Assembly: GCF_001194135.2 (NCBI RefSeq)
Contig: NC_068988.1
Location: forward strand, 13,904,212-13,945,745
Direction of reading: 5' to 3'
Length of the DNA: 41,534 nt
Origin: Octopus bimaculoides
Taxonomy: Eukaryota
Position 1 is the first letter of the stretch. Every line of letters starts with the position of its first letter. Both the position numbers and the translations under genes were made by a program. The notes below the pieces were generated by a model. The model worked only from the letters and a program-made list of their open reading frames with translations. It was not told where the DNA came from and searched no databases. This document shows positions 12,091-23,829 of this stretch, in pieces.

Positions 12091-12821
12091 GTTCGATATA
12101 TTTGAAAGTGTCTAATATACTCATGGGAATTTGACCATGCGACATCAAAAACACATGAGCAAGGCATTCACAAAATTTATCGGCTAGTAAGTTCAAACAC
12201 TTCACCCCAAGAATCTATTCCAGGTGCACCACAAATAGTCCCGCATAAAAAGTCCCGTATAAAAGGGTTACAGTTTAATCATCCAATAAGAGACATCAAT
12301 ATAAATATACAGATATAGGGCAGGAAATTGCCAATTAGTAATAAAATTAATAATTAACAATTTTGCCAAGTAGTTCAATATGAAAAAAACCTTTATCGGT
12401 AAAACCATTTATAATCATAAATATATAGGGCTTAGCATGAGATGCTAAGCCCATGAGATGCTAAGCCCATGAGATGCTAAGCCCTATATATTTATGATTA
12501 TAAATGGTTTTACCGATAAAGGTTTTTTTCATACTGAACTACTTGGCAAAATTGTTAATTATTAATTTTATTACTAATTGGCAATTCCCTGCCCTATATC
12601 TGTATATTTATATTGATGTCTCTTATTGGATGGTTAAACTGTAACCCTTTTATACGGGACTTTTTATGCAGGACTATTTGTGGCGCACATGGAATAGATT
12701 CTTGGGGTGAAGTGTTTGAACTTACTAGCCGATAAATTTTGTGAATGTCTTGCTCATGTGTTTTTTGATGTCGCATGGTCAAATTCCCATGAGTATGTAG
12801 ACACTTTCAAATTTATCGAAC

Positions 12822-12847
12822 ACCATGCTGATGATCGGAGTAGGGTA
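12822..12847 (+). ncRNA. 5' half of the inverted second hammerhead copy, cut by the N gap
   Basis: ACCATGCTGATGATCGGAGTAGGGTA then N. Confidence 0.6.
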
Positions 12848-13219
12848 NNNNNNNNNNGAGAGAGAGAGAGAGAGAGATTTTAGTGCACCAGTTATGGTAG
12901 GTGCTTGACTAGAATTACTTTACACAATTTCAACACAACACATGACAAATAAATAAGTTTGTAAGAAAATCTCTCTCTCACACACACACACTAACACACA
13001 CACACACTCATATACACATTCTCATACACACACACACACACGCAGATAGATATACCAGATACATATATGTATTTTTGCCGTATAGTTTAAACTCGTTGAA
13101 GCTGATTGACTTCACTTAATGTCTGTAATATATCTCCAGTATCGATATGTATAAAGCATTAATCACGATCCGCTTGAGTATCGACACGAATGACGAGACT
13201 TCGAACTGACACACAACTG

Positions 13220-13435
13220 TATGTATAAGTGGAAGATTCTCATTCAATACTGTGCTAGGCATGAATTTATAACTAATTATTTTCAATGACTTTTTTCAAA
13301 GAATCTTCTGTCTACAGAAAAAAAAAACTTCTTAAGAACTCAAGTAGCCCACGAGAGAGCCTGTATGTGACCAATCCTTTTGCTAATAACAGCTGCCAAA
13401 TCTCCCTCAAATTACACCTATTGCATTAGAAAAAA
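13220..13435 (+). mobile_element. Decayed SINE fragment, family D (CTAGAAATAGCAGCCAAATCTCCCTCAAAT-type); related pieces at ~10230-10320, 15470-15660, 23280-23350
   Basis: Degenerate copies of GCTAATAACAGCTGCCAAATCTCCCTCAAAT and of the GGATGGTCAC.GCTGGAA..CCTTTGATC tail recur in the window. Confidence 0.4.
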
Positions 13436-13854
13436 CAAACAATAGATAGTATGGTTCTGGGTTCTCTACATACAAGTAAACGAAGGAATGGACACGGCTG
13501 AATGCCTTTGATAATTGCTATACTCCTTCAGAACTGATCTGGTACTAAACAACAATAGTGACAGCAGAAACAACAACAGTTTCAGATCTTCTTAAACAGC
13601 AGGATTCAGGTCTTATTGTACATCGTGAAAAGACGTACTGAAGTAGATCTTTAATAAAAAGTACAAAGTACATAAAGTACAAAGTACAAAGTACATAAAA
13701 AGTACAAAGTTTACAACCAACAGATGAATTCACGATCACAAGTAATATCCACAAGTAATGGTTGATATAGAAGATAATGATGTGATATAAAAGATAATGA
13801 TGGCAGTAAAGAAACGAACCACGTCACGAAATTCAAATATAAACAGTTTTTATC

Positions 13855-14056
13855 TTTTATCTTTTACTTGTTTCTGTCATTAGACCGTGGCCATGCTGGG
13901 GCATCATTTTCAACAATTTTTAGTCGAATGTATCAACCCTAGCACTTATTTTTTTAAAACTCAAAAACTTATTCTATCGGTCTCTTTGCTGAATCTCTGA
14001 GTTACAGGGACGTAAACACACCAACACCAATTGTCAAGCAGTGATCGGGGTACAAG

Positions 14057-14141
<85 letters not shown>

Positions 14142-14255
14142 TGGGCTTCTTTCAGTTTCCGCCAACAAAATCTGTTCACAAGGCTTTGGTCAGCCCGTAG
14201 CTATAGTAGAAGACATCTGTCGAAAGTGCCACGCAGTGGGATTGAATCCAGAACC
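13855..14255 (-). mobile_element. CORE-type tRNA SINE, family B, with internal (CA)n
   Basis: Minus head GGATTCAATCCCACTGCGTGGCACTTT..ATGTCTTCTACTATAGC resembles a B box plus CORE (GGCACCTTGGGCAAGTGTCTT). It has a conserved 3' module and a (CA)n tract at ~14058-14138. Confidence 0.85.
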
Positions 14256-14829
14256 TCTTGTTTACTTTTTAAAGTTATTTCTACAGATTTTCAAAAGAAA
14301 CTAGAGCCAGCAGTGATTTGTTACGACGTTTCCTATATGAATACGTATATGTAAACAATACACTCAAAGATAGAAAAATGAGCATATTTCAGAACTTTTT
14401 GCTCCTTCTTTAGAACTACGTCCAACTCACTAGCCATCCACAAACACATTACTTAAACAGCTACGAAATATAGCAGAGTAATACAATTGGATATATCAAT
14501 TTTACATGGAGTTTGTTTAGTTCAGAGGTCAGTTAGTGAAGGAAATTTCCATGTTTCTATGCAATATATTTGTAAGAACTGCGCTCCTTTACGATGTCTC
14601 AATGTGGTCATTCGATATGCTATAATAGAAGTTGAACTTTCCTCAAATTAAACCCACTTAGTGTCTTATAACATAAAGGAAAGCATCGAATCAGAGACCT
14701 GCAGGTATCGACGCATGAGAAAATGAAATGATGGAAGATTGGTGTCAGGTTGGCAGTAAGCATTCAGGAGAGCGGAAGAAGGTGTATAATTTTATGCGAA
14801 ATTGAAATTTAAAACAAAATCTTTTTAAA

Positions 14830-14990
14830 ATTGTATTCCCTGTACAAGTACCATTACTTTATTTTATCGACCACAAAAGAGTGAAAAGCAAAATTGATGT
14901 CAACGGGATTTGAACTCAGATTGTAGAGAGCCAGAACAACTACTGTAATGAATTTTCCTGCGCGCTAGCAATTCTGTCAGCTCGCCAAAC
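14830..14990 (-). mobile_element. Decayed family A SINE
   Basis: TTTTATCGACC..GGATTTGAACTCAGA..TTCTGTCAGCTCGCC. Confidence 0.7.
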
Positions 14991-15661
14991 TTGTAGTAAT
15001 AATCATAAAAGACGTCATCAGCAAGGTACTTATAACTTTTGTGAGGAAGTGAAAGCATGGTTTAAAGTTTTGAACATTAATTAACTGAAATAAACTGACA
15101 TGTAAGAAAATTATTAGTTTCCTTACATTAGTAGTGAAAACTATTAATCGAAAACGAATATATTATTCATTAGCAAATTCGGAAGTCATTTTCCAAGTGA
15201 ACGGTCTTCTCTTGAAGGCTTCGTCAGCATTTTGAAGTTTCATCGGTACTTACTAAATTATTAGCGAGCTATTTTCTAAGTAAAGTCTCAGAAATGTATT
15301 TACACGTAATTTATTACTAGTTAAATACTAAATTGTATACTTGTTTAATGTGTCATAAATACTGACAGGATAAGTTAGTCTTGGAAGACAATCGTTTATA
15401 GTTTAGCTGTCTAGTAATAATTACACCTTTGACTCATATCACTGGCCGTCGTTGCAAAAGCGATCGAATGCGCCTTCACGTGATCGAGAGATTCACTAGA
15501 AATACCAATCAGATTTTAGTCAAATTATACTCTGCTGTCTTGTAAAATGTGATGAAACCATTGGATAATATATTCCAAGATATCCCTAAAAAAAAGACAG
15601 GATGATCCTGGCTGGAATACTCTTGATCGTATTCCTGCTTGATAATGACCGACTTCATGTT

Positions 15662-15662
<1 letters not shown>

Positions 15663-15693
<31 letters not shown>
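15663..15693 (+). repeat. (CAG)10 microsatellite
   Basis: Direct reading; no surrounding ORF, so not called polyQ coding. Confidence 0.9.
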
Positions 15694-15695
<2 letters not shown>

Positions 15696-15844
15696 CACCA
15701 CTAGGGATTTTGAGAAGAATTCTATGAACTGGTACACCTTCCCTTCTGTGTATACTAAACTTCAATACATCGAATGAATTTTCTTCAGTCTCTGGAAATT
15801 CTAGAATCAGATATGATGATGTCCTCTCCGAATATATATTTTAA

Positions 15845-16040
15845 CCCCCAGAATCGTTAGCACATCGGATAAAATGCTTAACCGCATTTTGCCAATCTTT
15901 ACCTTCTGGGTTCAAATTCCGCTTGGGTCGACCTTGCTTTTCATCATTTTGAGATCGATAAAATCAGTACAAGTTGAGCACTGAGGGCAATGTCATCAAA
16001 TTTCCTCCCCCCCCCGAAATTGCTGGTCTTGTTGCAAAAT
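15845..16040 (+). mobile_element. Decayed family A SINE, followed by an opposite-strand family A fragment at ~16055-16140
   Basis: CAGAATCGTTAGCAC..GGGTTCAAATTCCGC..GGTCGACCTTGCTTTTCATC..AAATTTGAAATCAATATT. Confidence 0.75.
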
Positions 16041-16149
16041 TTGAAATCAATATTCTTATTATCAAGTATTTTATCGATCCCAGAGGGAGGAAAGTTACAG
16101 TTGACCGTGGTGGGATTTGAACTCAGAATGTAAAAGAGTTGGAACCTTC

Positions 16150-16540
16150 TTTTATTTTGTATTTGCTTCAGTCATTTGACTTCAATCATGCTGGGGTACC
16201 CCTTGAAGGGTTTAGTCGGATAAATCAACCTCAGTATTATTTTTTTTGAGTTTTCTATTTATTAAATGGGGTCTCTATTGCCGAACAGCTATATTACGAG
16301 GGCGTAAACAAACCAACACCAGTTGCGAAACCGTGGTGGAGAAGAAACACAAATCCAAAGACAAGCACACATATACACATACACACGCACATACATGACG
16401 GGCTTCTTTCAGTTTCCGTCTACCAAAATAAACTCACAAGGCTTTTGTCGGTCCGAGGGTATTGCAAAAGACAATTGCCCAGGGTCCGACGCAATGGAAC
16501 TGAACACGAAACCATGTGGTTGTGAAGCAATTACACCACA
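16150..16540 (-). mobile_element. Family B CORE-type SINE
   Basis: Collinear with 13855-14255 and 23830-24217. Confidence 0.8.
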
Positions 16541-16954
16541 TTTTCGATCAATTAACCACGTTTTCCTCTTCTTTTTATTCCAAAGCTTCTCCTTTTCCTG
16601 AACTTCTTTTGGTACTTTAAACAAAAGGAAGAAAAAAAAGGAAAAAAAGAAAAAATGTATTGAAGATATATTCTGATATATTCTAATATTCAAATTAGTA
16701 GTCTTTAAAAAACAGCCTTATACAATTATCACAACTGGCGTTGAAAATGTATCTCCAGCTCCAGGTGATATTGCTTCGGCCCACGATATAAAAAATAACG
16801 AACATTTGTATAATGAGGTCTCGTAAGCATGTTGATTAATTAGTAAGTATATTTATAAACCAACTCACATATAATTGCTATAGTTTCATTCGTTAATTAG
16901 GGACGTGCCTATAGGCTTTTTAGACTATCTTAATGACTGAGGTTATTGGTATAC

Positions 16955-17050
16955 AAACACATACATACATACATACATACATACATACATACATACATAC
17001 ATACATGAATGTATATGTTTACGTATGCAGAAAAGTGTACATATACATAC

Positions 17051-17087
<37 letters not shown>

Positions 17088-17141
17088 CATACATACACAC
17101 ACACATATATATATATATATGTGTGTGTGTATGTATGTATG

Positions 17142-17203
<62 letters not shown>

Positions 17204-17370
17204 AGTATGTATACACACACACACACACACATATATACACACGTACATGAATACACACAAACGTACACAGATATATACGCATGCAAGTATATAAAGTTAT
17301 GTAAATATCCATATTTAACATATATGCAAACATACATACATACATACATACATACACGCACACATATAAT
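16955..17370 (+). repeat. Compound (TACA)n/(TA)n/(CA)n microsatellite block
   Basis: Direct reading; source of the HTYI/YIYI ORFs. Confidence 0.95.
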
Positions 17371-17741
17371 ATAAGACGGGATGAAAGATTAAGTGTGGAG
17401 TTAGAAATCTCTTCTCATAGAAAACGCTGAGTTTCTACTAAAGCCGACCGAGGAAAGACTGATGGAAGATGGACAGAATAGCACAGAAAACTTAAAGTAT
17501 AGGTATACTAGCATACCCGTGTCATCAAAATTGCCATTAGTGTTATTAATAATAGAAGCTGCCGCAAGAAACCATTGATAAATGTCAGCAGTCCGAAAAT
17601 ATATGTACATACACAGAATTGAAGTATTTGAGGAATCAGATATGGTCTTAGCGTCTCGGTTGAAAATATTCTTGTCTACGTAATATATATTCATACGTAC
17701 AGTATACATACACGCATACACGCACACACACATACATGTGC

Positions 17742-17773
<32 letters not shown>

Positions 17774-18120
17774 ATGTGTATATCTGTGTGTGCACCGCAT
17801 GTTTGTTTATATTTCTTAGAAAGATCGCTGCACTAGGACCCCAAGTACTCGAGACTATAATGTCTGAGAGTAGATGATAACGCGTTATTCGCCCAACACC
17901 ATGTTGCCGAGATAATTCTTTGTCACTTTCACCCTCAAAAATAAGTAAGTCAGTGAATGGCTCGTTGTAAATCTGCAACCAATGACGACATTGTTCGCAC
18001 ATTGTGATATGAATAAAAAAAGCAAAAACAAAATGCAAAACAAAACAAAATGAAGAAATGGTACTTTATCTGAAATGTTGCTGTCTTTACTTGTCTCTCT
18101 CTCTCAGACGGTAGAAATAT

Positions 18121-18783
18121 CGGTTTGGAATTTTGGTAGAAGGCCAGCAATTTCGGTGAAGCGAGTGAGTCGATTAGTTCGATCCTTGTACTCAACTGGT
18201 ACTGATTTTATCCACTCCGAAAAGATGAGAAGCGAAATTGACCTCGGTGGAATTTGAACCCAGAACGTAAAAAGTGGAGTAAATGCTGCTAAGCATTTTG
18301 CTCGGTGAGCTAACGATTCTGTCAGCTCACAGCCTTCGGTAGAAATATTGATTTCAAATTTTGGCACACGTCCAGAAATTTTAGGAGAGGGTGGATAGTC
18401 GATTACAAAAACCCCAGTGTCCAATTAGTAGCTATTTTATCGAGCAGGGCAAGAGATGAAAGCCAAAGTCGGCCTCAGAGGTATTTGAACGCAGAACGTA
18501 ATAGCAGACGAAATACCGCTAAGCATTTCGCCCGGTGTGCTAACGTTTCTTATTTCTTTACTGCCCACAAAGGGCTAAACATAGAGGGGACAAACAAGGA
18601 CAGACAAACGGATTAAGTCGATTATATCGACCCCAGTGCGTAACTGGTACTTATTTAATCGACCCCGAAAGGATGTAAGGCAAAGTTGACCTCGGCGGAA
18701 TTTGAACTCAGAACGTAATGCCAGACGAAATACTGCTAAGCACTTCGCCCGGCGTGCTAACGTTTCTGCCAGCTTTCCGCCTT
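18121..18783 (-). mobile_element. Stack of three head-to-tail family A SINEs (18121-18336, 18349-18549, 18550-18783)
   Basis: Each has GGAATTTGAAC.CAGAACGTAA and GCTAAGCA.TT.GC.CGG.G.GCTAACG. The stack is bounded by AGAC(G/A)GTAGAAATAT at 18106-18120 and 18784-18798, with an inner CGGTAGAAATAT at 18337-18348. Confidence 0.85.
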
Positions 18784-19540
18784 AGACAGTAGAAATATTG
18801 AAATTATTGAATACTAGTTAATTGGAGTTAAAATATGTATGTTCCGAGGTACTTTTGTTTTCGTCATTACTTTAAAATCTCCTTTAGTCAAACAGGTATG
18901 GCCGGTTTTGTAATGAGATTCCAACTTTTCTTTCACATGCTGTTTTAGGTTATAGGAAGTCGTAAAATTTTGATAACTGACTTGGTGGATATAAAATCAC
19001 CATTGTTGTATTAACACAATATATTTTTGGTAAGTTGTGAGTCAGTTTGACTTGGTAGGAATTGAAAATTAATTAACGAAGTCTATAGTTCGTCAAATAT
19101 CACAAACAGGATTCAAAGTATAAAAGACTTTATGAGTTTCTGGAGGTATTTGTCTTCGAATGAATATGTACGAGTGTGTGAATATGGTTGCATATGTATG
19201 AGGGAGAGAGAGAAAGAGAGAGAAAGAGGGGGTGAAGGGGAGATGATTGTACACATCTACATTGGCATTTTGTGGTGTTAGTGCGTATTTGATTCTACGT
19301 GTTTATGCGTGTGTGAATGTGGCTTTGTGTGTATGAGATAGAGATAGATAGAGAAAGAAAGAGGGAGAAAGAGAGAGATAGAGAAAGAAAGAGGGAGAAG
19401 GAGAGCGGGAGAAAGAGAGAGATAGAGAGTGTACATATGTGTTTGTGCATAATTATACTGGTGTTTTGTATGTGTTTCTCCGAATTTGGTAGAGCGTGTA
19501 TGTATATATGTGTGAGTGGATTTGCCTCTTTGTAGGCATC

Positions 19541-19602
19541 ATTTGCCTATATACGTGGCATGATTTGCCTATATACGTGGCATGATTTGCCTATATACGT
19601 GG
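19541..19602 (+). repeat. 22-bp tandem repeat ATTTGCCTATATACGTGGCATG x~2.8
   Basis: Units at 19541-19562, 19563-19584 and 19585-19602. Confidence 0.9.
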
Positions 19603-20487
19603 TCTGATCAATACGTATCCGGACTGATGCTATAGTAAGGAAGCTAAAGCACACAGAGTGAAGCCGCTTGACACAGAGAGACCTTAAACACTGCTGTACA
19701 TGTGCACTAAGTTTTAATGTTCTAGCTCAGTTCCCTTGTTTACAGCAGTGCTTGGAAGGAAGGTGTGTAGTGTGTGATTGTCGCATTGACCATGACAGAG
19801 AAAGTTGAGCTGAGAATCTGCATCAAATTTTGCCAAAAGCTTGGCGATACCTGCTCAGAGGCCCACGCAAAGTTTTCAAAAAGTCTTCATCATTCTCGAC
19901 ACAATCAAGATCTTGTGCAACTGAAACCCGCGTGTCTTTTTGGTCAGCTGAAAGCAATCTTGGCACAAACTTGGCAGACACGCGTCTCATACCCAAATCT
20001 TCAGTGATAATGGACTGAACTAAGCCGTAACTAATCTGCGCATCCTCTGATAACTCACGGATGTGATTCTACGATTTCTGCTCACAGCTGCACGCACATC
20101 AGCGATGGTTTTCTCAGTTCTGCAAGTTGCGGGTCTCCGAGAACATTCGTGAATATCGACAGTTTCCGACCATCTTGAAAACGCCTGAACCACTCGTACA
20201 CTTGTGTGCGGCTCATACACTCCTCTCCATACACCTTCTGCAACTTTGCGCAGGCCTCTGAGCAGGTATCACCATGACAACTTTCTCTGTCATGGTCAAT
20301 GCGACGATCACACGCTATACACATTCCTTCTAAGGACTATTGTAAGCAGCAGAACTGAGCTATAATGTTAAAACTTAGCGCCCATGCACAGCAACGTTCA
20401 AGGTCAATCTATGTCAAGCGGCTTTACTCTGCGTGCTTTAACTTCATTGCTACAGCAACAGTCTGGATACTTATTGATCAGACCTCG
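19598..20487. mobile_element. Foldback mariner derivative with two 5' ends (long inverted arms, no catalytic domain)
   Basis: Plus arm 19598-19874: TIR, UTR, MTEKVELRICIKFCQKLGDTCSEAHAK. Minus arm 20487-19868: TIR, UTR, MTEKV..GDTCSEACAKLQKVYGEECMSRTQVYEWFRRF..ITEDLGMRRVSAKFVPRLLSADQK..ENDEDFLKTL. Flanked by TA (19596-19597) and CA (20488-20489). Confidence 0.88.
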
Positions 20488-20574
20488 CACGTGAGTAGAT
20501 CTGTACCGTATAGCAATCATGTATACATACCTGTGTGTACATATGTATATAATGTATGCATGAGTGTATGCACT

Positions 20575-20578
20575 TGGG

Positions 20579-20620
<42 letters not shown>

Positions 20621-20733
20621 TGTATATTGTATGTATAATACACAATATAATATGATATAATATAAAAATAATATAATATATATATGTGTGCGCGTGTGCG
20701 AGTGTGCGCGTGTGTGTATGTGTGTGTGTGTGC

Positions 20734-20778
<45 letters not shown>

Positions 20779-20821
20779 ACTGAAACAAGTAAGATAATAA
20801 AAGAATATGTATATATATGTG

Positions 20822-20852
<31 letters not shown>

Positions 20853-20870
20853 ATGTATGTATTACATATA
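20575..20870 (+). repeat. Compound (TA)n/(TG)n microsatellites
   Basis: Direct reading. Confidence 0.95.
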
Positions 20871-21443
20871 TCTATATGTGAACGCCAACGCCGATGATTA
20901 GAACTTACTGTGGGTATGTGTGATTCGTGTGTTCCGTACGTTTCAAATTAACTTAATATTGATTTTAAATAGAAATTTTTATTTGATTGTATCACATTTC
21001 TACGGTTTCTATTAGAATGACTAAACAAAATTACACCCCCATCACGCCGTTCCTCCTCACCCTTCTCATTCAAAGAACAGCAACGTCTAATATACAAATT
21101 AGAAGTATTTAAGAACGCATTTATATTTATATTTACTTGTTTACATTTATATTTTGCATTCATATTTATATATGATAAATTCTCATCCAATAAGATTTTC
21201 ATCCGGTAAAGATTTTTATCCTGTAAGAAATTCTTTTTTCTATTTCTATAAAATCTTTGATTAAACTTGGCTTTCTAAGATTTTTGAGAAAGAAACAAAA
21301 GATGTTTAAATCTAAGATATTCCATTTGATGGATTACTAGAAAATTACCGTGTTTTTATCTTCACTCTCGTTTATAAATCAACAGATCTTAGAGGATCTG
21401 TTTACAGTATTATTAAAATGTTTATCTAATCTTCATGTTTAAT

Positions 21444-21838
21444 CTTTTATCTTTCACTTTCTCGGGTCATTGGACTACGGCCATGCTGCAGCACTGCCTC
21501 GAAAGGTTTTAGTTGAACAGAAGAACCCCAGTCCAGTACTTATTTTTTATGTTTGCTATTTATTATATCGGTCTTTTTCGTCGAACCACTATGTTACAAG
21601 AATGTAAAAGAAACAAGTTTTCAAGAGTTTGAAGGGAAACAAACACAGGCACAAACACCCACCGACACATATAAATAGATACGACAAGCTTCCACACAGT
21701 CTCCGTCTGCCTTATTCACATATAAGGCATTGGTCGGCCCGGGGCTATAGTAGAAGACTTGCCCAAAGTGCTACACAATGGGACTGAACCCCAAATCACG
21801 TGGTTGCAAAGTGATCTTCTTAACCACACAACCGTGCC
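21444..21838 (-). mobile_element. Family B CORE-type SINE, older copy
   Basis: GGGGCTATAGTAGAAGACTTGCCCAAAGTGC..GGGACTGAACCC..CTTCTTAACCACACA. Confidence 0.8.
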
Positions 21839-21864
21839 TATGTTATTATTATTGGATATGACAA

Positions 21865-21948
21865 AGGCAGTGAGCTGGCAGAACCGTTAGCACGCCGGGC
21901 CAAATGCTTGGCGGTATTTCGCCCGTCGCTGCGTTCTGAGATCAAATT
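21865..21948 (+). mobile_element. Family A SINE head only
   Basis: GGCAGTGAGCTGGCAGAACCGTTAGCACGCCGGG..GAGATCAAATTCC (A- and B-box-like). Confidence 0.8.
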
Positions 21949-21989
21949 CCTTATGCGCTTTCACATCTACATTGTCGGGACACGCTAAC

Positions 21990-22152
21990 ATGCCTGCAGG
22001 CGTGGTTCGCGTCTCAATTTCGTAGTTTTGGGTTCATTCTCATTGCACAGTACTTTAGGCAAGTGTCTTCTATTAATGTCTCGGATCGACCAAGCCTCGT
22101 TGAATGAAATTCAGTCAGAAATTCCATCGGATAGACAATTTTTGTGTGGAGG

Positions 22153-22234
<82 letters not shown>

Positions 22235-22445
22235 TGCGTACGTGCGTGTGTTTGTGCTTGGCTCCCTCCCACTGTTTGAGAAGTGTTTTAAAGGGACTAC
22301 AAACTTAACGGTTCAACAAAAAGAAATGATAGAATAAGTAGGAGACATAATAAATACTAGTGTTGCATTGTTCGACGAAAGCCTACAAGGCGTGCTTCAT
22401 CACGACCACAGTTCAATGTTTGAAAGAAGTAAAAGTATAATAGAA
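21990..22445 (+). mobile_element. Decayed family B CORE-type SINE with internal (CA)n
   Basis: GGGTTCATTCTCATTGCACAGTACTTTAGGCAAGTGTCTTCTA head, GATAGAATAAGTA 3' module, (CA)n at ~22157-22232. Confidence 0.7.
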
Positions 22446-23829
22446 TATTATTGCTATTTATTTCTTTTATGCCAAAATATGAAGTAGGCATCACAAGCGA
22501 AAGTCGTGAGCAATTAAAAAGTGTCAACAACAGACATTCGTCAAATATCTTAACCGACAAGCATTCGTCAAACTTCGACGTTTTTCCGTCCAAGCATATT
22601 TTTAAGCCCAATATCTACTCACTATTAGTTATAGATTTATCTACTTCGAGTTAAACCCTTAAAAATGATTTATTTCATGTCTCTCAAAGTTTCTAGATCC
22701 TTTTGACGAAAACAAACATGCAATTCTCGCTGATAAAGAACAAACTTTCTAAAACGGAACGAGAATTTCGGGGGATTGCTTCGGTCCTATGGTAGAACGT
22801 CTCTCATGTTTACAGAATATGTGAACTCGAGTCCCGAATGCAACTGCCATTTTATTCTATCGAGACAGTGTTTATTAAATGCAATATTTAAACGCTATTA
22901 TTTCTAGCATTATCTATTCCGAGTTCACCGTTAAAAACAATTTATTACTAAGAAGATATTGAAAATGTTTACAAGCTTACCTCGCATCACATGGTTTATA
23001 ATTGAAAACATGAAACAAAAGTTAACTTTAATGTCCAATGTTTACGACAAGATTAAAACTGGGTTTAAAGCATTTCATTTTATTTTTCTACAAGTGGAAA
23101 CCAATTCTTTTTATTTTGATCATGTCTGGAATCAATGCAGGGAGAGAAAACAACCAAAAACATAACCAATTTTCTTGCAATAAAATTGGTTTACAGATAT
23201 GAAAACTTTTACGTGTCATACAACATAGATTGCTCTTGTAGAGAACAAGCCAACAAGAAAGACTCTATATAATTGCTCATTTTGCTACAACCAGCAATAA
23301 ATCACCTTCAAACAACACTGTACCGCCTTAATAAAGAACACGTTGGATTGTGTATTTCGCCGTACACTATATCTAATTATATAAGTGCTTCTTATAAATG
23401 TCAGCTCAATATATAAATGCTACTTTGTTATTGATTTATTGTCTTACTTTTAACGTGAAAAAAAAATTAATTAGATAACAAAATGAAATAAAACAAAAAC
23501 AAAACAATAACAAAAAAAAAAAACTAAAACAAATAGGAAAACATTAGTAATGAAGACATGTATATTATGCAGAATTCCTGGCAGAAATAGACGATTACTG
23601 ATAAGATCTATTCTCACAGAACAGCACAACGGTAAAATAAACGCCACAAAGTTAACATAGACGAATCAGCAACAAAGATAACATTCTTCTTGACTGATGT
23701 GCAAATCCAATCGTGAATTGTTCATATCATAAGAGTTTATAAACTTTCGAGAGAACGTAAAAGAATTCGTCTATTTGAAAAAAAAAATAATTCCCCTATT
23801 TCGTTCCCTCGAAAATTTATAAATTCTTA

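Larger units (their letters stand above)
11746..12847 (-). mobile_element. Penelope-like pseudo-LTR / retrozyme-like insertion: 563-bp tandem unit plus inverted copy
   Basis: ACAGATATAGGGCAGG recurs at 11746 and 12309 (period 563). 12065-12438 is inverted at ~12472-12847. The unit contains a hammerhead core and no ORF. Confidence 0.7.

Noticed and set aside
12437-12484. Short regular repeats (3x16 bp here; 3x22 bp at 19541) as CRISPR-like arrays
   Set aside because: No spacers, no cas genes, eukaryotic context.
12065-12847. The large palindrome as a pure library or assembly chimera
   Set aside because: The arms differ at ~10 positions and carry independent substitutions, unlike a read foldback. 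It is not fully excluded because the arm ends at a gap.
15663-15693. (CAG)10 as a polyglutamine exon
   Set aside because: Flanked by stops and repeat debris, with no splice context.
21865-21948. tRNA-like A/B boxes here and in other SINE heads as tRNA genes
   Set aside because: No complete cloverleaf; they continue into SINE bodies.
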